38,460 nucleotides of DNA, taken from positions 1 to 38,460 of IMG/VR virus record IMGVR_UViG_3300032203_000003; one strand, given 5' to 3'. Positions 8,886 through 18,315 of this stretch are shown in pieces. The notes below the pieces were generated by a model. That model searched no databases, had not been told where the DNA came from, and saw only the letters and a list, made by a program, of their open reading frames with translations. Numbering within the stretch: the stretch's first letter is position 1; each line of letters starts with the position of its first letter. This DNA is from a virus (lineage: Duplodnaviria > Caudoviricetes). Position numbers and translations under genes: made by a program.

Positions 8886-11800
8886 TTAACGATAGAGTAA
8901 CCCACCGGGCGATATTTCCTTTTTAAGACGTTCTGAAATTGTTGTTTGGATAATTGACTGTAACAACCTCGCCGTGTTCCCTGTATTGGCGTTGTTAGTG
9001 TCGCCGGATGAAACCTCCTGTGTAATCGATACCGGCGCATTAACTTCTATGGTCGTCGTTCCAGAGCGAGAAGATTCAGACGGTAAAGCACGCACACCCA
9101 GTGAACCATCCGCACCACGCTTGAGCGGCATGATAGCTTCTGGCCCCGCTTCGCCCATCAGCCCAGCTCCTTTGGCAAACGCAAACGTTGTGGGTTGGCT
9201 TACCACCTGGCCGCTGTAGGCACTCAGGGAAGGCGAGGAATAAACGCCGCCTTTTGCATTCGCGAACATTGGAACGGCCCCAGGATTGTTGCCGCCACCT
9301 GCTGTTCCCCCGCCAAAACTCATAAATGACGAGAGAATAGTTTTTGTCAGTAGCGCCTGAACCGCCATCTCAATCAGGTTTTGAACAATGGACTGCGTGA
9401 GGGAGGAAAACAGCCCCACCATGCTGTCTTTAAAGGTTTGGGTACCGGTAAGTAATCCGGTCAGCATGTTGGTTGAGCGTTCCCTCATCGTGTCCACCAG
9501 CCCGAGTTGCAGCTTATTAAGCTGGCTCTGCCCGGCATACAGGTTCATTGCGTGCTGATATTGTGCGTCAGTTGATTCCCGTGTTGCCGCCTGCATCAAC
9601 TGCTCATAACGCTGCTTGTCGATGTACCCTTGCTGGTAGTACGCCTGATATTGAGCCTGCTGCTGCGCCAGTTGGTTGCTCAGTTGAACAGAGGGATCTA
9701 CGTCGCCGGCGATGTTCTGCCGTGGTGCCGCAATGGCATCCGCCTCAGCCTTTAACCTCTCGCGGGCCATATCCTGCTGCAGGGTATGCCGGGCGACCAA
9801 GTAATCACGTTCCGTCAGCAAACGTCCGTCATACAACGCTTTCAGCTCCCTGCTGGTTTCCTGCTCCTTACGTACTGTCGCCTGACCCGACGCATACTGT
9901 TCAGCCAGTTCTAACCGTTGTCGCTGGTAGTTCTCGGCATTCAGAGACATGACGCGTTGCACATCTGCCTGACTGGCACCGGCGGCTTTGGCCGTGGCGA
10001 TCAGCTTGGCTTGCGAGTTCCGTTCTTCCAGGTCAATTTTGGCAAGGCTGGTCGAGTGAGCAACCTCAATTTCCTGCCGCAACTGTTGATATTGCTTCAG
10101 CGTCTGCTGACCTTTTTTATCTGCCTTAGCCGGGTCTTCACCACCCCAAGGGCTTTCAACCGACGAACCTGCAGCACCCACTCTCGCAATAGCATTGTTA
10201 ACCACATTAGCGTCAGCAATACCACTCAGCATCATCTCGCTGAACCCGGATTTAACATAGTCCTGAGCAGCTTTTACTCGCCCCATAGAATCAGTAAGTG
10301 CTACTAGTCCAGCCTGGGCATTCTCCAGATCTGCAACCGCTCGTTTACGGTTGCCTTCAACACCTTGCGCTTGCCCGAAAGGGTCAAATCCTTTGAGGCT
10401 ACTCAGCCGACTGTCTGCGTCAATGATTTCCTTTTTCAGCTGGTTAACCTGGGTAACCTGGTTTTTGTACTGGTCATCCAAATCGAGCGCTTTCACATCC
10501 AGCTGCTTTGACGACATCGCCACAAGCGCCTGTGTTGTTTCCTGAACGGCGTCCTTCAAATTTAATGCAGATTGGCGAGCCTGCACATTCCTTTGGTGAA
10601 AATCAAAGATGGCCAGTGCTGCCAATGTTGCCGCGCCGACTGGACCACCAATTAATCCTAATGCTCCACGGGCAAGACCGGAAGCCACCGATACTGCGCG
10701 GGCTGACACTGACAGGCGTTTATTTGCAGCATCCAACTGCGTTTTGCCAACGGTGGCCGCGCGCGTGGCTTCAGTTTCCTCCCGGATCAACCGATTATAA
10801 TCAGCGGTATAACTGACGTTCAGGCCGTATTGCTTGGCCGTTTTTTCCATCGCACGAACGCGGCCGAATTCGGCGTTATTTTGCAGCAGGGTGGCATTAG
10901 CAGCGTCGATCGTCTTCTGCGCAATACTAGCCTGAGCCAGCGCGGCGGACTTAACAGCGGCCTGCTGGTCCCTCCAGGCCCCAATACTTTCACGAATGCC
11001 GCCGGTCAATTTGTTGGTCATAACAGGTAGCAGCGTATACAACGCCACGCTGGCCACCATGTTGAAGTTATCCGCCAGGCCGTTAATAGCTTCGGTCACA
11101 CTCTGTACGCCGGTACGCAATGGGCCGCCGCTGGCTTGCCCGACTTTGATGATCAACCCTTCAAAAGCACTGGTCAGCCCCATCAGATCGCCGTTCAGGT
11201 TGTTGACGCGCGTCGCGGCCTGTTCGTGCGCTGTCTGGGTACCGGTCAGGGACTTTGTCAGGTCATCCAGCTTGCTGCGGTTACTCACCAGAATCGACGC
11301 GGCGTTAATATTCTCCAGGCCAAACAGCTTGACCGCCTGCGCCGTGGAGAGGTTTTTCTTCGACAGGTTTTCCAGCGCGGTGCTTAGCCCCACAACGGAA
11401 GGTTTGAGCGTTTTATCCGTGCCTTTTTCAAGGTTGAGGATAACGTTACGCAACCCGGTGCCTGCCTCACCGCCTTTAATTTCACGCTCTGCCAATACCT
11501 GGATCGCTGCGTTCAACTGCTCAAAGCCGATCCCGGCCTGCGCCGCTGCCACACCACCATTCTTTATCGCGGCTGCCGTATCGGCAATTTCAGACGAGCC
11601 ATACTTAGCCCCAGCGGCCAAAACGTTAATGTAGCGGTCTGCCTGGCTGGCGCTGGCGCCAAACTGGTTAAGCGAAAGGGCCAACGTCTTTGTCGCATCC
11701 GGCAACGTGGTACCCGCCGCCTGTGCCAAAATCAGCGCACTGTTGGTCGCAGTAGTCAGCCCGTCCGCCGTTTTCAGCAGTTCCGGCTTGGCACTGGCCA

Positions 11801-12200
11801 TCAGCTTTAACGCTTCCGCCGCCTGGCTGGCACTGTACTCGGTGGTGCGCCCCATCTGCTGCGCGGCTTCATCGAATTGTTTCAGCTGCGCACCGGTAGC
11901 ACCGGTGATCGCGGAAAGGTCAGACAGTGCCTGACCATACTGCCGGGTGGTGGTAATAATGCTTCCCAGCGAGAACCCCAGGCCTGCAACGCCAGCCAAA
12001 CCCGCCAGTGTCCCTTTCAGGCTGCTGACTGTTTGGCCGACACGCTGATAGGCCTCGTCGGTCTTTTTCGCATCCTGCTGGGCTTGACGGTTAAACTTAC
12101 CGGATTGATCACCGGCAGTGCGGTACGCCGCCACCAGCTTGTTTCTAAAATTGGCGTCATTCAGGTACAACCCGACCGCCAACGATGCTACATCAGCCAT
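8886..12200 (-). CDS. H: Tape measure protein H
   Basis: About 1104 aa, Ala/Gln-rich helical; ATG 12200; C-terminal FAKGAGLMGEAGPEAIMPL and PGGLLYR. Confidence 0.95.
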   Translation of the reverse strand: MADVASLAVGLYLNDANFRNKLVAAYRTAGDQSGKFNRQAQQDAKKTDEAYQRVGQTVSSLKGTLAGLAGVAGLGFSLGSIITTTRQYGQALSDLSAITGATGAQLKQFDEAAQQMGRTTEYSASQAAEALKLMASAKPELLKTADGLTTATNSALILAQAAGTTLPDATKTLALSLNQFGASASQADRYINVLAAGAKYGSSEIADTAAAIKNGGVAAAQAGIGFEQLNAAIQVLAEREIKGGEAGTGLRNVILNLEKGTDKTLKPSVVGLSTALENLSKKNLSTAQAVKLFGLENINAASILVSNRSKLDDLTKSLTGTQTAHEQAATRVNNLNGDLMGLTSAFEGLIIKVGQASGGPLRTGVQSVTEAINGLADNFNMVASVALYTLLPVMTNKLTGGIRESIGAWRDQQAAVKSAALAQASIAQKTIDAANATLLQNNAEFGRVRAMEKTAKQYGLNVSYTADYNRLIREETEATRAATVGKTQLDAANKRLSVSARAVSVASGLARGALGLIGGPVGAATLAALAIFDFHQRNVQARQSALNLKDAVQETTQALVAMSSKQLDVKALDLDDQYKNQVTQVNQLKKEIIDADSRLSSLKGFDPFGQAQGVEGNRKRAVADLENAQAGLVALTDSMGRVKAAQDYVKSGFSEMMLSGIADANVVNNAIARVGAAGSSVESPWGGEDPAKADKKGQQTLKQYQQLRQEIEVAHSTSLAKIDLEERNSQAKLIATAKAAGASQADVQRVMSLNAENYQRQRLELAEQYASGQATVRKEQETSRELKALYDGRLLTERDYLVARHTLQQDMARERLKAEADAIAAPRQNIAGDVDPSVQLSNQLAQQQAQYQAYYQQGYIDKQRYEQLMQAATRESTDAQYQHAMNLYAGQSQLNKLQLGLVDTMRERSTNMLTGLLTGTQTFKDSMVGLFSSLTQSIVQNLIEMAVQALLTKTILSSFMSFGGGTAGGGNNPGAVPMFANAKGGVYSSPSLSAYSGQVVSQPTTFAFAKGAGLMGEAGPEAIMPLKRGADGSLGVRALPSESSRSGTTTIEVNAPVSITQEVSSGDTNNANTGNTARLLQSIIQTTISERLKKEISPGGLLYR

Positions 12201-12435
12201 TTCCAAGCACTCGCATAACGTCAGCACACTGCGCATCAAAGGTACTTTGCACAGGCTGAGCGGGTTGAGGAACAGGGGCATCCTCCGCAGGATCAGCAGT
12301 AATGCCCTGCAGCTTGAAGTATGCCCGCCAATGATTCAGAACTTGCGCCGGCAACGCGGCGATTTTGCGAGGGTCAGACTCACCCCAACGATCGGCCAGT
12401 TGAAAAATCAGCATCAGCCAGGGTGAGTCAGTCAG
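12193..12435 (-). CDS. T: T part of the tail assembly chaperone G-T, reached by -1 frameshift
   Basis: The -1 frame is open from the slippery A AAA AAC (12441-12435): LTDSPWLMLIFQLADRWGESDPRKI... Confidence 0.85.
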   Translation of the reverse strand: MTDSPWLMLIFQLADRWGESDPRKIAALPAQVLNHWRAYFKLQGITADPAEDAPVPQPAQPVQSTFDAQCADVMRVLGNG

Positions 12436-12797
12436 TTTTTTTCCGCGTCTTCCAGTGTGCCGACGGCATGACGTTTGACGGTACTGATTGCTTCAACCAG
12501 TGTTGGGTTATCGTGCGCCTTCAGCAGTTCATCCACGCTGGGCAACGCACTCGGCGGGATCCGCTTACCGTCCGGCGTCATAAAACAGGACAGCAGCAAC
12601 TCAACATTGAGGCGTGCTGCCTTATTCATATCACCGGCCTCGATGGCGTCTTTCATGCCATCTTCATTATCCTGCAGCTCGGATGCCTTCAGGCGGCGGA
12701 TGAAGGTTTTAGCACCAAACATCGGCACTTCAAGCACGTGGTCGTCAGATTTCAGCAGTGCTGCCTTAAGCGCCTTCAGATCGTATTTCTCGGTCAT
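12432..12797 (-). CDS. G: Tail assembly chaperone G
   Basis: Between tail tube and TMP; ends GAA AAA AAC TGA (EKN*). Confidence 0.88.
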   Translation of the reverse strand: MTEKYDLKALKAALLKSDDHVLEVPMFGAKTFIRRLKASELQDNEDGMKDAIEAGDMNKAARLNVELLLSCFMTPDGKRIPPSALPSVDELLKAHDNPTLVEAISTVKRHAVGTLEDAEKN

Positions 12798-12806
12798 CGA
12801 TTTTCC

Positions 12807-13073
12807 TTACTTAACGGTTACAGTAGCTGCTGCGCTGTTGAGAGTGTCAGCACGTTCTGCGGACAACACCACGCGATACGTACCGGCATCAGCCGCCACA
12901 ACTGAGTTTTTGGTGTAAGTAGCAGCGGTGGCGCCGTTGATGTTGGTGCCGTTCTTTTGCCATTGGAATTTAACGGGCTTGCCGTTACTGGAGGTAGCCG
13001 CAACAGTCAGGGACAAATTGCCCCCGACCGCCAAATCAGCGTTTTTCGGCTGGGTAGTCACGCTGATCACACC
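12807..13073 (-). CDS. Ig-like domain, probably a -1 frameshift extension of the tail tube protein
   Basis: TTQP...LSLTVAA...FQWQKNGTNINGAT...DAGTYRV I-set Ig pattern; C CCA AAG slippery heptamer at 13079-13073 leads into this frame. Confidence 0.85.
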   Translation of the reverse strand, partial: GVISVTTQPKNADLAVGGNLSLTVAATSSNGKPVKFQWQKNGTNINGATAATYTKNSVVAADAGTYRVVLSAERADTLNSAAATVTVK

Positions 13074-13522
13074 TTTGGGGCCACGGCTCCCCAGGTGTTG
13101 TTGTTCTGCTTGCCTTGCACCGCGATCTGAATGACTTCGCTCGCTGGCGCGGTGATCTCATTCATTTTCCAGCCAGACAACGAAAGAATGGAAGTTGAGG
13201 TACGCCCGTTCGGCAGCTCAACATAGAACTGGACGGTTTCTCGGTTGTCTGCGGCTGTAAGGAATGCCGCAAAATCTTCATTGGACGGGTCATCGATAAA
13301 CCCGATCGACTTCTCCGCACCTTCGGGCAGATCAGAAATAAACTGCTTTGTAGTGTCGATCAGGGTGGTGCAGTCAACAAAACTGCCGGTCTGCCCCATT
13401 TCACCCACCGCTTTACAGTTGACCAGCGCCTTCATGGTAGCGACAGCAGCGCCCACTGCGCCCCATTTCACAATGGTACCCGCCGGCAGCATGGCGTACT
13501 CTGGCGAAGTTTTATCAGCCAT
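13067..13522 (-). CDS. Major tail tube protein
   Basis: 151 aa; GQTGSFVDCTTLIDTTKQFISDLPEG; position before the chaperones. Confidence 0.88.
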   Translation of the reverse strand: MADKTSPEYAMLPAGTIVKWGAVGAAVATMKALVNCKAVGEMGQTGSFVDCTTLIDTTKQFISDLPEGAEKSIGFIDDPSNEDFAAFLTAADNRETVQFYVELPNGRTSTSILSLSGWKMNEITAPASEVIQIAVQGKQNNNTWGAVAPKV

Positions 13523-13556
13523 AATTTCTCTCTCTTAATGATTGTGGCAGCGGTCG

Positions 13557-13949
13557 CTACCGGTTTTCGATGCCGTAGCGGATTTCTGCCGCCAGGATGC
13601 GTAATAATTGGGTTTTGTTGTAATCCAGGGCTGGACGGATGAACGGGTCGGCAACTTGTTTCACCGTGCCGAATTCCTGCGCCAACGCCTTCATCTGGTG
13701 TGCCTTGCTGGGACCGACTCGCAGTGTGACCTGCGCACGACCCCGGGTGGTCGAACGGATCGTAATGCTGTCACGCATATGCGGGCCGGAGGCCGTTTCG
13801 TCATATCCAGCGTGCTGCTGCATATCCTCCAACACCGGCGCCAGGGCGGCGCGACCAGCATCACGCAGAATTTTTGTTGAGACGTCCCGGCCCAGGGCTT
13901 CTAACTGACGAGCCAATGCATCCATGCCCGTGATATTGATACCTATCAT
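13557..13949 (-). CDS. HK97 gp10-family tail completion protein
   Basis: ATG 13949; ITGMDAL...HMRDSI...QEFGTVKQVADPFIRPALD. Confidence 0.88.
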   Translation of the reverse strand: MIGINITGMDALARQLEALGRDVSTKILRDAGRAALAPVLEDMQQHAGYDETASGPHMRDSITIRSTTRGRAQVTLRVGPSKAHQMKALAQEFGTVKQVADPFIRPALDYNKTQLLRILAAEIRYGIENR

Positions 13950-14335
13950 GCGGCGTCCTCCGGGTAACAGATGATGTAATCGCGCACCAGTCGGTACTGG
14001 ATGCTGTTGTTGGTCAGCGTAGTCGCACCTTGCAACATTGTGCCGCGTGTCACCGTCTGAACCGGCCAGCGGCCAATGTGCCCGTGTTGAATGCCTTCCC
14101 AATCGGCGCAGATGGCCTTATCCAACTCAAGTAGGCGGGCGTAATCATCGATGACGTACAGCGAAACCTGGAAGCGGCCTTGCACCAGCGCGGTGCTGGC
14201 TAGCCCGGTATCAAATTTCGGGTCCGTGATTTTCTGATACGTCACCCCTTCCTGCTCTGGATCGGGCAACAATAGCGGGTACGCCGGCAGGCTGCTTAAT
14301 GCCTCCAGCGCCGCTTTGATTTCATACTCGATCAT
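13946..14335 (-). CDS. Putative tail terminator / neck protein
   Basis: 129 aa; GVTYQKIT...RFQVSLY pattern; neck module position. Confidence 0.65.
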   Translation of the reverse strand: MIEYEIKAALEALSSLPAYPLLLPDPEQEGVTYQKITDPKFDTGLASTALVQGRFQVSLYVIDDYARLLELDKAICADWEGIQHGHIGRWPVQTVTRGTMLQGATTLTNNSIQYRLVRDYIICYPEDAA

Positions 14336-14651
14336 GGCGGGTATCAGCCTCCGCTGTAATCAGTAACCGATCGGACTGCGAGCGATCTGGGGCGCGAACG
14401 GTGAACAGGCGTTCATTCCACACTATTTGCCAATCGGTTTGCACACCTTGACGCGGGCGCAGAGTAAACAAGATGGTCTCAACTACCTGCCCCTGCTCAC
14501 CGGTACGGATTTTGCGGTTGGAAATGGGCTCCGCGTCCGCCCAGACTTCCGCAACAAATTCGAAGGTTTTCACCTCACTGCCGGTGCGCTCATCCCGGAC
14601 AACGATCGGACGAAGGAGCCTGATGCGTTTATTGAGTTTTCCTGCCCTCAT
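14322..14651 (-). CDS. Head closure protein (SPP1 gp16-like)
   Basis: MRAGKLNKRIRL...VWADAEPIS. Confidence 0.88.
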   Translation of the reverse strand: MRAGKLNKRIRLLRPIVVRDERTGSEVKTFEFVAEVWADAEPISNRKIRTGEQGQVVETILFTLRPRQGVQTDWQIVWNERLFTVRAPDRSQSDRLLITAEADTRHDRV

Positions 14652-14962
14652 GTTCCCGGCCTCTTTCGTTTGCCCTTCAGCAGGTCATAGAACCCCAGTG
14701 GCGCCTGATACAATTTAGCCTCTGATGTGGTTTCCCTGTTTGCATACCAGTGCCCGACCGCCAGAATCAATGCCAGCTTAACTTTTCCTGCTATAACAAC
14801 GCCTTCATCAACGTTTTCAGGTACTAGCTCGTCATACAGCGGCAGGTTTAAAAATTCCTGAGCCAGGTCTTTTGCCGCATCCACATAGAGAGTCAACAGC
14901 CCATCCTCTGTATCGCTGTCGATCCGGCACTGAAAGCGCAGTTCATCAAGTGATGGCGTCAT
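14648..14962 (-). CDS. Head-tail connector (HK97 gp6-like)
   Basis: QCRID...EDGLLTLY...AVGHWYANRE. Confidence 0.9.
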   Translation of the reverse strand: MTPSLDELRFQCRIDSDTEDGLLTLYVDAAKDLAQEFLNLPLYDELVPENVDEGVVIAGKVKLALILAVGHWYANRETTSEAKLYQAPLGFYDLLKGKRKRPGT

Positions 14963-14973
14963 ACTGACCTCAT

Positions 14974-14996
14974 AAAAAAGGCGGACGGAGCCGCCT
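14974..14996 (-). terminator. Terminator after the major capsid gene
   Basis: Minus strand AGGCGG-CTCCGT-CCGCCT-TTTTT. Confidence 0.8.
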
Positions 14997-15003
14997 GGTT
15001 GCC

Positions 15004-16221
15004 TTATTTACCCGCTGGGGCCGCCCCCATCTTGATCAGTTTTACCGCGTTGCTGTCCACCAGCATCGACCCTACGCGTTTAGTGGTATAGAACCCCACA
15101 AACGGTTTTTTGGTGTACGGATCACGCAGCATGCGCACACCGATACGATCCAAAATGGTGAAGCAGCGTTTGAAGTTACCGAAACCGATCGGAGTCCCAC
15201 CACCGGCGATATCCGGGAACTGCTCATTTTCGGCAATGCCGTAGCTCAGCAGAGAAGACGGCTGGCCAAGCTGCAACCCGGGTTGCCACAGATAATTACC
15301 CTGGCTGTCTTTCAACGTGCGGACAGTGAACAACGTGCTGTTGTTCATCATCCAACGGGCGCCGGTACGGTAAGGCTTGCGCAGGGAATACACCAACTTA
15401 ACAATTTCATCGGCGGTGATGGCGTCCGGCTTGGCGGCCAGCAAGTGCTGCAGCTTGCCCCAGTCGCGCTCTTTGTCGTCCTTGATATCACTGCCGTAAG
15501 CCAACAGGCCTTTCGGTTTTTTGCTGCCGTCACCGTTGGTAAAGGCAATTTCTTCCTGCTCGGCGAATTCCTGCGTCAGCTCGGAAACGATGAAGTTCTC
15601 AACATCGAAAAATGCATCGTCCAGCATGGTTTGCGTCGCCATCGGGTTGCCGTAGATTTCCCCCCAAACGGGTTCAATCGTCGCCAGCTTGGAAGTTTTG
15701 GTTTCCGGACGCTCATCCGTTTCACCCACCCAGCCGCTGTTAGTGCCGCCCTGGTTCACCAACTTTTTATAGTTTGGGGTCCCCATGGCAATAACGGTAC
15801 ATTCCGATCGCATGACCACTTCATCTTTCAGCGCACTGATGATGTTGCGATCCAGCTCTTCCGGCACAGCGTAACCCCCATCCGGATCGGTGGTGGTCTG
15901 CATGGCTTTCTGCTCCAGCTCGGCCAGTCCATCATCCTTACCCTTGCGCACGAACTGGACAAACGCGGTTTTGTGTTCGGTTACCGCTTTTGACCCTTTG
16001 CCGCTGCCAGGACGCTTGGAAGCCGCCAGCTCTTCTTCCAGCTGGGATTTGAGGTTATCCAGCTCGGACAATTTGCCGTTAAGGGTTTCCACGGTTTCGG
16101 ACAGCTTGCCCTTTTCCGCTTCAATCGCGTCCAGCCGCTTATCGTTCTTTTTGGTGAACTCGTCAAAGTTACCCTTAAGCTCCTGCGCAACCTGTTCAAC
16201 GTCTTTAATATCAACTGCCAT
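15004..16221 (-). CDS. Major capsid protein, HK97 family
   Basis: Coiled-coil delta domain; DGGYAVPEE, WVGE, GDGSKKPKG, LKDSQGNYLWQP, FGNF. Confidence 0.96.
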   Translation of the reverse strand: MAVDIKDVEQVAQELKGNFDEFTKKNDKRLDAIEAEKGKLSETVETLNGKLSELDNLKSQLEEELAASKRPGSGKGSKAVTEHKTAFVQFVRKGKDDGLAELEQKAMQTTTDPDGGYAVPEELDRNIISALKDEVVMRSECTVIAMGTPNYKKLVNQGGTNSGWVGETDERPETKTSKLATIEPVWGEIYGNPMATQTMLDDAFFDVENFIVSELTQEFAEQEEIAFTNGDGSKKPKGLLAYGSDIKDDKERDWGKLQHLLAAKPDAITADEIVKLVYSLRKPYRTGARWMMNNSTLFTVRTLKDSQGNYLWQPGLQLGQPSSLLSYGIAENEQFPDIAGGGTPIGFGNFKRCFTILDRIGVRMLRDPYTKKPFVGFYTTKRVGSMLVDSNAVKLIKMGAAPAGK

Positions 16222-16238
16222 AGTGTGTTTCTCCAGAT

Positions 16239-16892
16239 TCAGAATTTTATAGATTTCAAAATGTTAATGGCGGCATCAATATCGCCAGCATCACGCTGGG
16301 ATAACGCGCCATATCCCTCGGCAATAAACGCTTTGGCCTGAGAGCGAGAAAGCCCAACGTCGCGCAGGACTCTTTCAATACTTTTCGGGGACGGGGTTTC
16401 CCCACGGGCAAACACAGATTTCACATCGCTGATGCGGGCCTCGTCGTTGGCGGGGAACGTCACGAGACTGACCTCCCAAAGGTCCAGCTCTTTGAGCATC
16501 CAGGCCTCTTTTGCCCTGTCGTATTCCCAATCTTTCAGCATGTACCCAATAGAAAGGCCGGTTATAGAACCGGCCTTCATGTGGGCATGAGCGCGTTTGG
16601 CGAGAGGGTCATCATCGATGAGCAACCGACCTTTGATGTATAAACCCACATCATCTTCCTGCATTTCGGCATAGACGCCGATCGGCTCATCCATCTTGTG
16701 TTGCCACAGCATGGCAGGCCAGGCGCCCTTTTCTTTCCATTGAGCTAGTGAATTGCTGAACGCACCGGGCACCACAATATCGTCATAACTGTCTTTCACA
16801 CCGAAAACCGAGCCATAGCCTTCAAACTCGCCAGACTCACTGACAGACTTGATTTTCAATGGAATATCCAGCCGCTGCTTAGTCATCGGCAT
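16239..16892 (-). CDS. Prohead protease, HK97 family
   Basis: FEGYGSVFG, MLWQH, GLSIGY, LWEVSLVTFPAN. Confidence 0.95.
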   Translation of the reverse strand: MPMTKQRLDIPLKIKSVSESGEFEGYGSVFGVKDSYDDIVVPGAFSNSLAQWKEKGAWPAMLWQHKMDEPIGVYAEMQEDDVGLYIKGRLLIDDDPLAKRAHAHMKAGSITGLSIGYMLKDWEYDRAKEAWMLKELDLWEVSLVTFPANDEARISDVKSVFARGETPSPKSIERVLRDVGLSRSQAKAFIAEGYGALSQRDAGDIDAAINILKSIKF

Positions 16893-18108
16893 TATTGCTT
16901 TCCTCGGTTGGTTTTTTCTTGTCACCGGCCGTCGGCTTGGTGGTCATGTTCATTGGGGTCAGGTAGACATCGCCTCCCTCTCTCGGGTTAAGCTCCTCCA
17001 GGTCACGGCACTCATTCGGTGAGTAAATACCCCAGTTGATGCCTGTGGCGTAAGCCTCAAACCGCGATTTCATGTCTCCGCGCAGCAACGCGCCGGCGTT
17101 AAACTTGGCGTAAAACTTCCCTTGAGCAGAAGGCTTGACCAGGCCCACATTGATGCGCTGTTCAATTCGGGTGAGGTATGGCACCAGGGAATAGTTGATA
17201 AACCCAATCCCCAAATTTTCGATATTGTTGAAGGTGGCCCTGTCGGTGTTTTGCACCATGTGCATCGGTACCCGGAAAATTCGGCAAATTTCTTCCAACT
17301 GAAATTTTCGAGTCTCAAGAAATTGAGCATCTTCCGCGCTGAGACTGATTTGGTTCCACTTCAGGCCCATCTCAAGGATCAGGGGTCTGTGGGCATTGGC
17401 CAGACCCTGGTGGCGAGCCTCAAAGTCATTTTTCAGCCGGTTAAACGCATCGTCAGAAAGCACATTGTCGGTCTGCAGAACGCCGCTGGTGACGGCACCA
17501 TTACCAAACAGGCGGGCGCCGTGCTCCTCCGTTGCCATCCCCAGTCCGATCGCCTGGCGGGCATACGCGATAGGACTGACACCATTCAACCCATCCAGCG
17601 TGAAAATACGAACATGCCAGATATCATCCTGCGTCAGGGTATCGCTGGTCCCATCCGGAAAGGTGACCTGGTATTCCGGGTCCCAGTTGGATCCCAACTT
17701 AGGGATCACGCTGCCGGGGTCGAGCGGCAACAGCTCTACCACCTCTCCCAATGCCTTGACTTTGTAGGCATAGAAATTGCCGCGCAGGCACAAACACCCC
17801 ACAAGCAGCTCCCAGAACTCCTGCGGGGTCATGTACCCATTGGGTTTGACCGACAGCAGTTTGTTCAGCCGTTCTTTTACTGCACGTCGGTTTCCCCGCT
17901 CAAGCTGCTCGAAAAGACCACAGGGCAACATACCCACAGATTCAGCCAATACCCGAATGCAGCTGAATACCGAGGTCAGTTGCATCGAAAGCTGGGGGCT
18001 GATCCGCCTGCCGGAGTATGTGTCGTAAGACAGCCCGACCATTTCTGCAATATCTTGCGAGGTGACCGGCTTTCCCCCCGACTTTTGAAACATTCCGGGA
18101 AAAAACAT
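16879..18108 (-). CDS. Portal protein, HK97 family
   Basis: PNGYMT, LRGNFY, GVSPI, DAQFLETRKF, IFRVP. Confidence 0.96.
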   Translation of the reverse strand: MFFPGMFQKSGGKPVTSQDIAEMVGLSYDTYSGRRISPQLSMQLTSVFSCIRVLAESVGMLPCGLFEQLERGNRRAVKERLNKLLSVKPNGYMTPQEFWELLVGCLCLRGNFYAYKVKALGEVVELLPLDPGSVIPKLGSNWDPEYQVTFPDGTSDTLTQDDIWHVRIFTLDGLNGVSPIAYARQAIGLGMATEEHGARLFGNGAVTSGVLQTDNVLSDDAFNRLKNDFEARHQGLANAHRPLILEMGLKWNQISLSAEDAQFLETRKFQLEEICRIFRVPMHMVQNTDRATFNNIENLGIGFINYSLVPYLTRIEQRINVGLVKPSAQGKFYAKFNAGALLRGDMKSRFEAYATGINWGIYSPNECRDLEELNPREGGDVYLTPMNMTTKPTAGDKKKPTEESNNADD

Positions 18109-18302
18109 CAGTCCCCCTTATCTGGTTTTATCGGGTTGTGCCCCATCATTTTGGATACCAGCCATGACCACATCAGGCACAGTAAACCAGCAACAACAAA
18201 TCCCGCCGGCGAGTAAACAAGCCAAACGCCGTATGTCAGTAACAGTGCGCCAGCCACGCCCACCAGCACCGATAGTGCAGTGATAAAATGTAATGCCCGC
18301 AT
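18108..18302 (-). CDS. Small two-TM membrane protein between terminase and portal
   Basis: ATG 18302 after GGAG; 64 aa hydrophobic; such a gene is common at this position in HK97-type head modules. Confidence 0.75.
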   Translation of the reverse strand: MRALHFITALSVLVGVAGALLLTYGVWLVYSPAGFVVAGLLCLMWSWLVSKMMGHNPIKPDKGD

Positions 18303-18315
18303 GGGGTGATCTCCG

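Noticed and set aside
17122-18216. Long antisense ORFs (also 6529-7404, 15283-15993, 27162-28061, 3218-3838)
   Set aside because: Shadows of well-supported genes on the opposite strand, with no recognisable motifs
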